From assembly GCA_964480955.1 (NCBI GenBank), contig CAYZRW010000011.1, positions 1,653 to 65,652 of the forward strand: a stretch of 64,000 nucleotides of DNA, written 5' to 3'. The translations under genes and the position numbers were made by a program. The stretch is from an uncultured Candidatus Bathyarchaeia archaeon. GTDB lineage: Archaea > Thermoproteota > Bathyarchaeia > 40CM-2-53-6 > RBG-13-38-9. Under the pieces are notes generated by a model that saw only the letters and a list, made by a program, of their open reading frames with translations, was not told the DNA's origin and did not search any database. How positions within the stretch are numbered: the stretch's first letter is position 1; each line of letters starts with the position of its first letter. Below, piece after piece: positions 9,631 to 19,541 of the stretch.

Positions 9631-10824
9631 ATGCTCACTCTGGTGAGACATATGCCTGCAAACCTGACGGCTGAAGCGAAATCTCGCTGGATGAGAGCGA
9701 GCTCAACTAAGGATCCTCAGGAGAAGATAAAGGCCCTAGAGGAGTTTCTGTCATCCGTCCCGAAACATAAGGGAAACGAGAGGTTGAGAGGTCAGGTAAA
9801 GAGGAAGATATCTGCGCTTCGCCTTGAGGTTCAGGACCGCAGAAGACACTCCGGCTCCTCAAAGACCAGTCTGCTGCAGAGAGAAGGCGTGGCTCAAATC
9901 GTGATCTTGGGGCTCACTAACTCTGGCAAGAGTAGCCTACTCTCATCCATAACAAAAGCCAAACCGGTCGTGGCCGACTATGAGTTTACTACCCAGAGGC
10001 CCGTGCCTGGGATGCTGAGATTCATGGATATTCAGTTCCAACTCATAGAGGTCCCTGCCTTGACCCTAGGGGCCGCTGAGGGTTCTGGATGGAACCCACA
10101 GGTCCTCAGCTTCGCAAGAAACTCTGACGGATTGATCATAGTCTTAGACATGTCAAAGGATCCAAGCAGCCAATTTGGCTCAATCACCTCGGAGCTTGAG
10201 AAGGCAGGCATAACACTCGAAAGACAGAGATCTCAAGTCGAGATAATCAGAAAGAAAGGGCTGAGCGGAATCCAGATTCTTCTATCGGGCAGCCTCATCG
10301 ACTGTGGCTCGACAGATGTCGAGGCGCTTCTCAGAAGCTACGGTCTACACAACGTCGCCGTAAGGATCTGGGGCGAGGCCAAGCTTGAAGATGCCGAGGA
10401 AGCGGTATTGGAAAGCAGCATGTCCTATAAACCATCGATAATAGTGGCCAACAAGATGGATTTGGCTGGTGCCGAAGAGAGTCTTGTTGCGCTTAGAAGA
10501 TATGTGACTCAAGATATCAAGACCATACCCTTGTCATGCGCAACACAGACAGGGCTTGAAGAGATTGGGGCCTCGATATTTCAGGCTTTGAGGCTCGTCA
10601 GAGTCTACACAAAGGACCCAAACCAGAAGGACCCCTCAGAAGACCCTATCGTTGTGAAGGAAGGGACCCCTGCGTCTGAAGTGGCAAGGCAGATCCATAG
10701 TGACATGCAGAGGGACCTAAGATATGCCAAGGTTTGGGGTCCAAGCAGCAAGTATCCAGGTGAGAAAGTAGGTCCAACACATATCCTCAAGGATGGGGAT
10801 GTAGTCGAATTCCACACACGCTAG
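9631..10824 (+). CDS. DRG/OBG-family GTPase with TGS domain
   Basis: MPANL N-terminus, PKHKGNE, G1 GLTNSGKSS, G2 YEFTT, G4 NKMD, TGS C-terminus (HILKDGDVVEFH). Confidence 0.9.
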   Translation: MLTLVRHMPANLTAEAKSRWMRASSTKDPQEKIKALEEFLSSVPKHKGNERLRGQVKRKISALRLEVQDRRRHSGSSKTSLLQREGVAQIVILGLTNSGKSSLLSSITKAKPVVADYEFTTQRPVPGMLRFMDIQFQLIEVPALTLGAAEGSGWNPQVLSFARNSDGLIIVLDMSKDPSSQFGSITSELEKAGITLERQRSQVEIIRKKGLSGIQILLSGSLIDCGSTDVEALLRSYGLHNVAVRIWGEAKLEDAEEAVLESSMSYKPSIIVANKMDLAGAEESLVALRRYVTQDIKTIPLSCATQTGLEEIGASIFQALRLVRVYTKDPNQKDPSEDPIVVKEGTPASEVARQIHSDMQRDLRYAKVWGPSSKYPGEKVGPTHILKDGDVVEFHTR

Positions 10825-10964
10825 GGGTGTCGGTTGGTCAAGAACGTCCCTACAGCCCAAATCACCTTCAAAAGGGTTGGCCAAGATCTTGGGGCCGAGC
10901 TAGCGCTAACAGCAGAATCTAGATACTGTGCCAGAATAGAGAGATTGCGAGGTAGGATGGTTCT

Positions 10965-11657
10965 GTGAAGAATCAGGCTACGCTCCAGCTTGCGCTCAAG
11001 ATACTGGAGATTCCAGACATAATCCGAGTGAAGCTTGTAAAGAGCAAGAGGGCACCAGTCTACTCAACCTTGGCAACATACAGGCCAAGCCAAGATGGAG
11101 AGTCAACTTTAGAATACATCATAGAATATAGAAAGAGCCTAAGTCCGGATCTGCTCAAGCATGAACTCTGTCACCTCAAGCTCCACCTAATGGGCCTGCC
11201 CGTGATTGAGGTTGAGACGGATTCGCGAATGAGCCTGACAAGCCAAGTCCTCAATACTCTACACGAAGACTTCTACGCAGACCTGATAATGCATCAGAAG
11301 TTCCCAGATAGCTTCTCATCCTTAGCGATGAAAGCGTTGGGCAGCGGCCACCCTGAGGATCACGGTCACGATGAGGTTGATGACAGTCTGTTGGCGTGGT
11401 TTCTTCAAAAGTACGTCCTAAAGCTCACTGTATTTGAGACCCTGAGCTATGGGAGTGAGGTTGAGAGAATAACAAGGGAAATGAAACATTTGAGCGAGAG
11501 ATCCAGTCCGCATCTCTCCGGCTATTTGAATACCATCGCTAACCATCTCAGGAGACTGCCCCCTCTGGACACGAGTCTCAGACAATTCACAGCCGAAGAG
11601 AAGGACTCGATAATCAGAATAGTGAAATTGATGAATAATGTTAAAGTGTGTCTGTGA
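10965..11657 (+). CDS. Hypothetical protein with HExxH metallopeptidase-like motif
   Basis: LLKHELCHLKL with downstream HEDFYAD; coherent 230-aa ORF. Confidence 0.5.
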   Translation: MKNQATLQLALKILEIPDIIRVKLVKSKRAPVYSTLATYRPSQDGESTLEYIIEYRKSLSPDLLKHELCHLKLHLMGLPVIEVETDSRMSLTSQVLNTLHEDFYADLIMHQKFPDSFSSLAMKALGSGHPEDHGHDEVDDSLLAWFLQKYVLKLTVFETLSYGSEVERITREMKHLSERSSPHLSGYLNTIANHLRRLPPLDTSLRQFTAEEKDSIIRIVKLMNNVKVCL

Positions 11658-11668
11658 ATCTGCATCGA

Positions 11669-11872
11669 CTAATCTTCTACTTTGATCGCCTGTGTTGGAC
11701 ACTGGGTCTCGCACGCACGGCACGCAATGCAAGAATCACCGTTGACGGGAACAGCTTTTGATTCACCGTTGAAGTCAGGTCTGTTCTGTAGTTCAAAGAC
11801 GCCAACCGGACAGACGCCGACGCAGGAACCGTCCCCGTTGCACTTTGGGAAATCAACAGTCACCTTTGGCAT
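11669..11872 (-). CDS. 2x[4Fe-4S]-type ferredoxin
   Basis: MPKVTVDFPKCNGDGSCVGVCP...CIACRACETQCP; ATG at 11872. Confidence 0.9.
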   Translation of the reverse strand: MPKVTVDFPKCNGDGSCVGVCPVGVFELQNRPDFNGESKAVPVNGDSCIACRACETQCPTQAIKVED

Positions 11873-12012
11873 GATCACACCTCTCTGTTTTTTGGCCTCA
11901 AGTGACAGGCACCACCCCTTATATAGTTTCCTCAAGACCTGGCTTCGACGTCAAAGTATTTCAGCAAGAAATCCTTCAAGAAACAGTTGAAGAAACAGAT
12001 TGGGAATGTGGA

Positions 12013-13191
12013 ATGACTAGGAACCTCTCAGACAGGTCAAGAGAACTTAAACGGTCAGCCTTCGCCGAATTCTTCGCTGAAGCGGTCGAGATGCAACGTT
12101 CAGGAGAGGACGTAATACACCTACACGTCGGAGAACCAGACCTTAGGACTCCGGACCATATTGTGGAGGCGGCTCAGTTGGCGATGAAGGAGGGTTTCAC
12201 ACATTACACTCCTCCTGAGGGCCTCTTCGAGCTGAGGGAGGCTATCGCAGAGAAACTCAAGAGAGATAACAGAATCGAAGTTGACCCTTCCAGCGAGGTC
12301 TCTGTCCTCTCAGGGGGTTACAACGCACTCTACTGCGCCTTCCAAGTATTGGTGAATCCAGGTGATGAGGTCGTAGTCCCAGAGCCTTGTCTACCACAAT
12401 ACTGGGGCGACATCGGCCTTGCAGGTGGAAGGGCGGTTCCTATCAGATTGGTCGAGGAGAGGCAGTTCAGGCCAGACTTTGAGGAACTCAAGGAAAAGGT
12501 GAATGGCAAGACGAAGCTGATTATACTAAACTCTCCCCAAAACCCAACCGGCTCGATCCTTACTCAAAAGGACATGGATCATATTGCCGAGATTGCTGAA
12601 GCCAACGACCTACTGGTTCTTTCCGACGAGGTTTATGAAAAGTTCATTTATGATGGTCTCGGCCACACCAGCTTCGCCAGTATCCAAGGTATGAAGGAGA
12701 GGACCATAACAGTAAACTCCCTCTCCAAGACCTATGCGATGACCGGGTGGAGGGTTGGATATGTCGCCGCTAACAGTGAACTGATCGCGAAGATCCGAAG
12801 CATAAGTGAGCATACTGTCTGGTGTCCCAACTCAATAGCGCAGAAGGCCGCTATGGCGGCTTTGAAGGGTCCTCAGGACTGTGTAAGTGAAATGGTTGAG
12901 GAGTTCAGAAGTAGAAGGGACATAATAACAGCAGGCCTCAACGAGATTGATGGATTCAGATGCAACCAACCAAGAGGCGCCTTCTACGCATTCCCCAATG
13001 TCAAGGAGATCGACTTGTCCTCTATGGAGCTTGCCCAGCTCCTACTGAGGGAGGCCAAGGTTGCAGTCGTTCCAGGGATAGCTTTTGGTACACGGGGAGA
13101 AGGTAACCTCAGATTCTCTTTCGCCAACTCCAAAGAGAACATAACCGATGCTCTGGATCGAATAAGGAAAGTAGTTAAGAAGATCAGTTGA
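12013..13191 (+). CDS. PLP-dependent aminotransferase class I/II (aspartate aminotransferase-like)
   Basis: HVGEPD, NSPQNPTG, SDEVY, SLSKTYAMTGWRVG (PLP lysine); start ATG 12013 chosen. Confidence 0.92.
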   Translation: MTRNLSDRSRELKRSAFAEFFAEAVEMQRSGEDVIHLHVGEPDLRTPDHIVEAAQLAMKEGFTHYTPPEGLFELREAIAEKLKRDNRIEVDPSSEVSVLSGGYNALYCAFQVLVNPGDEVVVPEPCLPQYWGDIGLAGGRAVPIRLVEERQFRPDFEELKEKVNGKTKLIILNSPQNPTGSILTQKDMDHIAEIAEANDLLVLSDEVYEKFIYDGLGHTSFASIQGMKERTITVNSLSKTYAMTGWRVGYVAANSELIAKIRSISEHTVWCPNSIAQKAAMAALKGPQDCVSEMVEEFRSRRDIITAGLNEIDGFRCNQPRGAFYAFPNVKEIDLSSMELAQLLLREAKVAVVPGIAFGTRGEGNLRFSFANSKENITDALDRIRKVVKKIS

Positions 13192-13198
13192 GTAGGGC

Positions 13199-14431
13199 TT
13201 AGTCCTCGGCTGATGCACGGTGCTTCATCTTCATCTGTCTAAATATCTCTTTGTTGGAGAAGAGGTCAACACATGTAAACGCCATGGCTTTCGTCGCCAA
13301 TATCAAGGCTTTATCTCCGCTCTCAGAGACTGCGGCATCAGCGAATTCTCGGGAATGAAGCACGAGGTTCTTCTGTCCTACGGCGATCAGTGGATGTATC
13401 GTGGGAACTACTACGCTCACGTTACCTATGTCTGAAGAGCCCAAATACTCATTCTCCCTAGTTTCCTCCACATCTACTCCGAGTTCACGGAGATTCTTCT
13501 CGAACACCTTGCAGAGGATACTGTTTGTTAACATGCTTTCAAGAGTACAGGGGGTTCGTTGAAAATCTAGGCGCGCACCGGTGGCGAGCGAAGCGCCCTC
13601 AGCACACTTTCTGAACTTGATTAGAACCTCATCAAGATACTTCCTGTCTGAAGCCCTCAGATAGAAGAGGGCGGAAGCCTTCTCTGGAATGATGTTAGGG
13701 GCCTCACCTCCCTCAATTATGATCCCGTGGATCCTGGCGTCGCTTCGAAGATGTTGTCTTAGGGCATTTATTGCGGTGAAGGATAGAATGACTGCGTCGA
13801 GGGCGTTGACGCCCTTTTCAGGGGAGACCGCGGCATGAACTGGTTTGCCGGTGAAGGTGATCTTGACCGGCGTTAATGCAAGGAAACGTGCTGAGGGGGT
13901 TGTCTTGATGTGGGGATGAATCTCCATCACGGCATCGATATCACTGAAGCACCCAGCCCTAACCATCTCCACCTTGCCTCTGACTTGGGATTCGAGTTTG
14001 GTCTCCACCCAGCCTCCGGCAGAGGAACCTTCCTCATTCGGTGTACCTAGCACGACAAGTCTTCCTCCAACATCGTCAAGAAACTCGGAGAGGCACATCG
14101 CTGCTCCAACCGCGCTTGCGGCGATTATGTTGTGGCCGCAGCCGTGGCCTATCTCCGGTAGCGCGTCATACTCAGCGATCAAGCCAACCGTGGGTTCCCC
14201 AAGCTTGCCTTTTGAGGCTTTGAAGGCTGTGGCCAGACCCGCCACACCCTTCTCGACGCTGAAGCCGTGTTTTTTCAGTTCTGCAGTTAAGAGTTCAGAG
14301 GCCTTGAACTCTGAGAGGCCAAGTTCCGGATTCTTGAAGATGGTGTGGCTGATCTCTAGAATTCTTGGAGTCAGAGAATTTATTCTTTCGTTGACGAGCC
14401 TCTTTGTTGCTGTGGCGTCCAGAGACGGCAT
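13199..14431 (-). CDS. M20-family amidohydrolase
   Basis: AEYDALPEIGHGCGHN, GTPNEEG, GKPVHAA.SPEKGVNALDA, GSSDIGNVS, LHSREF. Confidence 0.9.
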   Translation of the reverse strand: MPSLDATATKRLVNERINSLTPRILEISHTIFKNPELGLSEFKASELLTAELKKHGFSVEKGVAGLATAFKASKGKLGEPTVGLIAEYDALPEIGHGCGHNIIAASAVGAAMCLSEFLDDVGGRLVVLGTPNEEGSSAGGWVETKLESQVRGKVEMVRAGCFSDIDAVMEIHPHIKTTPSARFLALTPVKITFTGKPVHAAVSPEKGVNALDAVILSFTAINALRQHLRSDARIHGIIIEGGEAPNIIPEKASALFYLRASDRKYLDEVLIKFRKCAEGASLATGARLDFQRTPCTLESMLTNSILCKVFEKNLRELGVDVEETRENEYLGSSDIGNVSVVVPTIHPLIAVGQKNLVLHSREFADAAVSESGDKALILATKAMAFTCVDLFSNKEIFRQMKMKHRASAED

Positions 14432-14624
14432 GAATCAGCTCTCCAAGGGGGAGTGTAGTATGTGGCTTGAGAGTGGGCGGCCCACAATTTTGCACTTGTC
14501 CGGTCTAACCGTGGTAGAAGAGGCCTATTAGATACATCACGCTTATCAGGCAGACAGAGCCGATGATCTGGAATATTAGAGCTTGCCTTCCAGGGTTGAT
14601 CTCTCTTCACCTCGACACGTGACT

Positions 14625-15524
14625 TTAACCCTTTATGGCTCCGAACGTGAAGCCTCTGACTAGGTATCTCTGTATGGCGAGGCCGAAGATCAATGTTGGA
14701 ATTATGGCGAATATTCCAAGAGCCGCCATCACACCGTAGAGCGACCCAACCTCGGCTTGGTAGAGTCCGAGCTGAACGGTTACTGTTACAGCCCTGACCC
14801 TGGTCAATGTTATTGCAACGAGTAAGTCGCTCCAGTCGAGGATGAAGATGAATAGTGCTGTGACCGCTACACCAGCCCTCGTCAGGGGCAGTATGACTTT
14901 GTAGAATGATGCCAGTGGTGTGCAGCCGTCCATTATGGCAGCCTCATCGATCTCTTTTGGAATCTCGTCGAAGAAGCTTCGCATTAACCATATGACAAAT
15001 GGAACTGGGAATAGGCCGTAGAGGAGCATGATGCCTATTCTGTTGTCGAACAGGTGTAGTGTAGAGTACCAGATGACTATCGGGACTATTATCGCCATCG
15101 GAGGAAGCATTCTGAATGTCAGGAAGAGGTAGGGGAGAAAGTTGCCTCCAGCCCTATATCTTGACATGCTGTACGCCGCAAGCGTTCCAATAGCAACCGC
15201 GATAGCTGTTCCGCCGAGGGCCATCGTTAGGCTGTTCAAGACGGCGTGGGTTGCGGTTGTGGATACCATCTCAGACTCCATCAAACCTGGGAACCACCCC
15301 ATCTCCATCAGGGTTCCCCTGGGAATGAATAGCGCGGCCCAATTGTACCAGGTAATCTTCTGTGGGAGCCAGAGGGTCTCAGCAGGGGTCCATTCAGCTA
15401 TACCGACCAGTGAGATCTTCACCATCCAGTAGACTGGGAAGAGTGCGAAGAAGATGGCTCCTATGACGATTATCCATCGGCTAAAGGTTGTCCACAGTTT
15501 TGTAAGCTTCATGTTCATCATCAC
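14625..15524 (-). CDS. Carbohydrate ABC transporter permease (MalG-like)
   Basis: EAA motif EIPKEIDEAAIMDGC, FPVYWM, multiple TM helices. Confidence 0.9.
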   Translation of the reverse strand: MMMNMKLTKLWTTFSRWIIVIGAIFFALFPVYWMVKISLVGIAEWTPAETLWLPQKITWYNWAALFIPRGTLMEMGWFPGLMESEMVSTTATHAVLNSLTMALGGTAIAVAIGTLAAYSMSRYRAGGNFLPYLFLTFRMLPPMAIIVPIVIWYSTLHLFDNRIGIMLLYGLFPVPFVIWLMRSFFDEIPKEIDEAAIMDGCTPLASFYKVILPLTRAGVAVTALFIFILDWSDLLVAITLTRVRAVTVTVQLGLYQAEVGSLYGVMAALGIFAIIPTLIFGLAIQRYLVRGFTFGAIKG

Positions 15525-16441
15525 TCTCCTCTAAGCGGCTTTACAAGATACCACCCTGCAATGGCGAGGACGATGAGGATCGTCAGGCTTTCTGAAGTTA
15601 CGTAGCCATACCTGAAATACTTGAAGCCCCACTCATAGAGGTACATAGATATTGTTTGGGTAGATGTTCCAGGCCCTCCTCGAGTCATTATGTAGACTCC
15701 GTCGAAGATCTTTAGGGCCTCTATCCCCCTCAGAATCAACGCTATAATCATGGGGCGCTTCAACATCGGGAGAACGACGTGCCTGAACGTGTATCCTCTT
15801 GAGGCCCCCAACACGTAGGCCGCGTTTATGGGATCCTGAGGCAGAGACAGAAAGCTTGAAACCATTATGAGGAATATGAACGGTGTCCATTGCCAGATGT
15901 CTGCCAGCATAATCGCCATGAGGGCTGTAGCGGGGTAGTTAAGGAAGGCCATGCCTGCCTGTTCACCAAGGACAAATTTCAGGAATCCGTTTACTGGGCC
16001 GCTCTCAAGAAAAATGAGGTAGAACATGTATCCGCCGACTGCTGGGACAACCATCATGGGCACGAGAACTATTGTGGTTGCAATTTTCTTCCCCCTGAAC
16101 TCTCCAGAGAATACGTAGGCAAGCATGAAGCCTAGAGCAAACTCTACCGGAACGACCACAGCCACGATGAAGAGCGTTCTAAGGACCGCCTCGCCGAAGA
16201 ACGCATCAGACAAGTACGTGATGAAGTTGCTGGGGCCGACAAAGTTTGCCTCCCAGAAATTGGAGACGGTTGTTGGGGTCCAGTCGGTGAATCCCACATA
16301 CCACGCCAATGCGAAAGGAAGCAGCGCAACAGAGTTCATCACTATCTGGAGGGGCAGAAGCAATGCAAGGGAGAGCTTCTCTGGGTTCATGATCCAGCTG
16401 CGTAATCCGACTCTACTAGTTTCTCGACTCAACCAAGACAC
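15521..16441 (-). CDS. Carbohydrate ABC transporter permease (MalF-like)
   Basis: ADIWQWTPF, SLPQDPINAAYVLGA, TRGGPG; overlaps next gene by 4 nt. Confidence 0.9.
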   Translation of the reverse strand: MSWLSRETSRVGLRSWIMNPEKLSLALLLPLQIVMNSVALLPFALAWYVGFTDWTPTTVSNFWEANFVGPSNFITYLSDAFFGEAVLRTLFIVAVVVPVEFALGFMLAYVFSGEFRGKKIATTIVLVPMMVVPAVGGYMFYLIFLESGPVNGFLKFVLGEQAGMAFLNYPATALMAIMLADIWQWTPFIFLIMVSSFLSLPQDPINAAYVLGASRGYTFRHVVLPMLKRPMIIALILRGIEALKIFDGVYIMTRGGPGTSTQTISMYLYEWGFKYFRYGYVTSESLTILIVLAIAGWYLVKPLRGE

Positions 16442-16526
16442 CGGCGAAAGTGAAAATCGATATTTTTTCTATGTATAAAAAGTTGGTGGTTGCTCGAAGG
16501 AACTCGGCTTAGGTGAGGAATAATCT

Positions 16527-16545
16527 TAAAAAAGTGGGGGCTGTG
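16527..16545 (-). terminator. Possible oligo-U terminator after the solute-binding protein gene
   Basis: Minus strand ACAGCCCCCACTTTTTTAA a few bases after the SBP stop codon. Confidence 0.35.
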
Positions 16546-16549
16546 GTTC

Positions 16550-18175
16550 CTACGTTATGGCAGTAGGATACCACTTCTTTAGTGCTCTCCAAGCCTCGAC
16601 CTGTTTATCTCTGCCTATGCGGTCAGTGGTCTTCTCCCATTCTTCAGCCGTCTTCCTGAGAGCCGTCTCAGCATCCATGAGGCCGAGCATTGCTGAGTTG
16701 AGGTTCTTGCTCAAGGTGAGGTTATACTCGAAAGCCCCTCTTATACCTGCAATCACGGGTACAGCAAATCTTGCGCTGTCAAGAGTTGTCTCAGCAACCC
16801 TGCTGTAACGTGGCGCCCGGGTCTCAATTATCCTCGGGTCAGCGTTGGGGCCGCACTCATTATATCTTGAGGGGTCCTTCCAGGATCCCTTAACCGCCAC
16901 CGCTATGGGTCCCTTCTCCGGGCTGTTGTGCCACATTGCATAGAGCATAGCCAGATCCTTCTTCTTGGAGTAGTTGTTGACGAAGTGTACCCAACCTGCG
17001 CCCTGCACTGTCCTTCTAAGCAAAATATCTGTGCCATCAGGGCCCTTCACTATCGAGCCTGGAACGACTGAAGTTGTGAACTTCCCGACGACCTTTGAGA
17101 TTTCTGGATTGATCACTTGGTTGGCCAGTGACGGAAAGTTGAAGGTTAACGCAGCCTCTCCCCTGTAGAAGACCGCGTATCCAGGTTGGAAGTCCCAGGA
17201 GGGAGTCTCCTTGGGCATGTACTTTAGAGATTCTAGGAATTCCTCTGTTGCCTTGACCCCTTCAGTTCCAGTTATGAGTGGGCGCATATCGTCGTCGAAT
17301 GGAAATGCACATGGATATTTCTTGCTTGAGTAGTATGCAAACCAATTTATGTAGCCTCTATCAACACTTCGGAGTTCTACGGCTCCATAGAGATTCTGGT
17401 CCGGGCGGTAGAAGTGAGATGCAATGTCTATGTACTGTTGCCAAGTGTCTGGGGCTGCGAGCTTGTATCCGAACTGTTTCTCGAAGGCCTCCTTCTCATT
17501 TTCGTCGTCCAAGAAGTTGAGGTTCATATATGTGAAGAAGAGGTCCGTGTCATGGACTATGGCCCATCTCTTTCCTTTGTACTCCGCCATGAATCGGTCC
17601 ATTGGGTAGATGAAGCCGTCTGGTTCACCGGAGACTCTGTTGTCAAAGTATCTTTCGTATGGTGTCGTTTCTATGACTAGGCCTGACTCGACTATGTCGG
17701 CTATCCAAGCAGGTTGCAGTGAAAAGACGTCGTATGCTCCTGTCTTGCTTACAGCTTCAAGCATAGCTTTGTCAAACATCTCGTTCAGAGGCACTTCGGA
17801 ATGTTTGAATTTCATGCCTGTTCCGCTTTCGAATTCGGGAACATTCGCGTCATAGTTGCCCACATCTCCACCCGGGTGCATGACAACAAGTTCCTGTCCT
17901 GCGAGGTTGTCGCGTTTAACTACGAACTTCATAGCGTTCATGCATCTCTCAGCGACTGTGTCTCCCTCTACTGGTATTGAGAAGATTCCTGCACCGGCCG
18001 GTCCACCTGTAGTGACTGTTACTGTTGCCGCCGGGCCTTTGCCCTCCATACTTGAGACGCTGTATCCTAGGCCTGCTCCGACAGCAAGGCCGACAACGCC
18101 TGCTCCAGCAGTCTTCAAGAAGCCTCTACGCGAGACTTGACTTTCTTCCTTCTTTTCAGTGGACGTACTTACCAC
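16550..18175 (-). CDS. ABC transporter extracellular solute-binding protein with Tat signal peptide
   Basis: SRRGFLK twin-arginine motif + hydrophobic helix; APDTWQQY, CUT1-type SBP features. Confidence 0.85.
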   Translation of the reverse strand: MVSTSTEKKEESQVSRRGFLKTAGAGVVGLAVGAGLGYSVSSMEGKGPAATVTVTTGGPAGAGIFSIPVEGDTVAERCMNAMKFVVKRDNLAGQELVVMHPGGDVGNYDANVPEFESGTGMKFKHSEVPLNEMFDKAMLEAVSKTGAYDVFSLQPAWIADIVESGLVIETTPYERYFDNRVSGEPDGFIYPMDRFMAEYKGKRWAIVHDTDLFFTYMNLNFLDDENEKEAFEKQFGYKLAAPDTWQQYIDIASHFYRPDQNLYGAVELRSVDRGYINWFAYYSSKKYPCAFPFDDDMRPLITGTEGVKATEEFLESLKYMPKETPSWDFQPGYAVFYRGEAALTFNFPSLANQVINPEISKVVGKFTTSVVPGSIVKGPDGTDILLRRTVQGAGWVHFVNNYSKKKDLAMLYAMWHNSPEKGPIAVAVKGSWKDPSRYNECGPNADPRIIETRAPRYSRVAETTLDSARFAVPVIAGIRGAFEYNLTLSKNLNSAMLGLMDAETALRKTAEEWEKTTDRIGRDKQVEAWRALKKWYPTAIT

Positions 18176-18392
18176 CTATCTGTAGAGACAAAGGTCTTGG
18201 GATATAAAGCTAGCCTAAGTTCAACATACCCAATCTGGAAGTCTTCATAATCAGTTCAAGTCTAATCTTGTACTCAATAATTGCAGATTTATTGGCCCTA
18301 TTAATGGCATACTTTGAAGGAGTTTGAGTCAGAACTTGCATGCTGTTAGCGTGAATATCGTGCATGCATTTTCTGTTGGGCGTCAATTTTCT

Positions 18393-18620
18393 TCACTTGA
18401 AATATCTTCGAAGATTCTCGGCCACGCTTTCAGGCTTGGTCTCAACTATGACTTCCGAGTGAAGTTTCTCCATGAAGCCGCAGTCTGAGACATAGAATGG
18501 TTCAGGGTAAGGTCTAGAGATAAACTTGAGGTTCAGACTGTACCCACTCCTCTCCTCCCACGCTGACGAATAGAATGTCATGTTGAAACTATTGATCCCG
18601 AGGCCGTGGTATCCCTCCAA
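18393..18620 (-). CDS. Hypothetical protein or gene fragment
   Basis: 75-aa ORF in an otherwise empty intergenic space; no recognised motif. Confidence 0.2.
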   Translation of the reverse strand: MEGYHGLGINSFNMTFYSSAWEERSGYSLNLKFISRPYPEPFYVSDCGFMEKLHSEVIVETKPESVAENLRRYFK

Positions 18621-18776
18621 GAGACCACTGATCCCTTAGCGCGCGCTGCGTAAGATAGAAAAGAGACCTTCACATAGGCGCGCTTATGGAAGGTATTCTG
18701 CTACGACTGAGTCTTGTTTAATAATGCTGACGAGGCCAAATAATGCCGTGATCAGAAGGCCTGAGGAGAGAAAGAA

Positions 18777-18941
18777 TTGGCTAAGAAATATAGATGTACG
18801 ATCTGCGGATACGTGTATGACCCAGACGTCGGCGATCCCGACGGAGGAATCAAAGCTGGGACTCCGTTCGAAGATCTACCGGATGATTGGATCTGCCCAC
18901 TCTGTGGGGCTCCTAAAGATCAGTTTGAGTCCGCAGACTGA
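18777..18941 (+). CDS. Rubredoxin
   Basis: Below ORF-track cutoff. TTG start; [54 protein letters not shown]. Confidence 0.95.
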   Translation: MAKKYRCTICGYVYDPDVGDPDGGIKAGTPFEDLPDDWICPLCGAPKDQFESAD

Positions 18942-19330
18942 TGCCGCCGCACCCTAACTAAAGAAGAATCTGAATGCAGCCTTCTACTGTGAGTCTCAAT
19001 CTAATAGACTCTACATTCTTTTTGAAGTTGCCAAACGAGAGGGTTACCGAGAGATTAAGTCTCTTTATGAGAACTGCTGAAGAGGCGACAGAGCACGCGA
19101 GCGCACTATTCAATGTGCTGTATCCGCGGATAACCACAAGGGCGCGTTGAGGACGGCTCCTGAGACTAATGTGTCCAGAATAAGCGACCATAGCTGAGCA
19201 GGAAATATAGACTGCTGACGCAGCCGAACTTAGGCGGTTGACTGAGCAAAGGAGCATTTTGAGGCATTCGCCAAGACTGAGAGGAATTGTGCAGAGGCGT
19301 ACAGAAAGAGTCTAGACAATCCTAGGGGTT
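18941..19330 (+). pseudogene. Degraded rubrerythrin
   Basis: Pieces in different frames: KKNLNAAFYCESQSNRLYILFEVAKREGYREIKSL; MRTAEEATEHASALFNVL; EAFAKTERNCAEAYRKSL, matching the rubrerythrin pattern NL.AAF.GESQA..RY..FA..A..EG...; ATG overlaps rubredoxin stop. Confidence 0.65.
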
Positions 19331-19541
19331 TGGATGAGGCGGTCTCCCAATTCCAGAGTCTTCTGAACCTAAAACTCATATTTTCAATGCCCGTGAACTC
19401 ATCGTGCTCGTAGTTTGCTAAGAAGGGGCAAACTTAAGTAGAGCTACAGATTTGTCTCTTCAATCCAGATACAGCACAGCGCAAATGTAAAAAAAATCTA
19501 GGTGAGATCACAGTCACTCAGTAGTTCCAAACGGTGTTGCT

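Noticed and set aside
10959-10966. GGTTCTGT octamer as a further TIR
   Set aside because: Match stops after 8 bp; it sits at a gene start with no partner end or TSD.
14505-14618. Small hydrophobic minus-strand frame after the sugar permease (…ALIFQIIGSVCLISVMYLIGLFYHG)
   Set aside because: In-frame TGA at codon 4 and no alternative start; cannot support as gene or as recoding.
18724-18957. 77-aa plus-strand ORF
   Set aside because: Wrong frame over the real rubredoxin gene.
18958-19257. 99-aa minus-strand ORF
   Set aside because: Shadow of the plus-strand rubrerythrin pseudogene.
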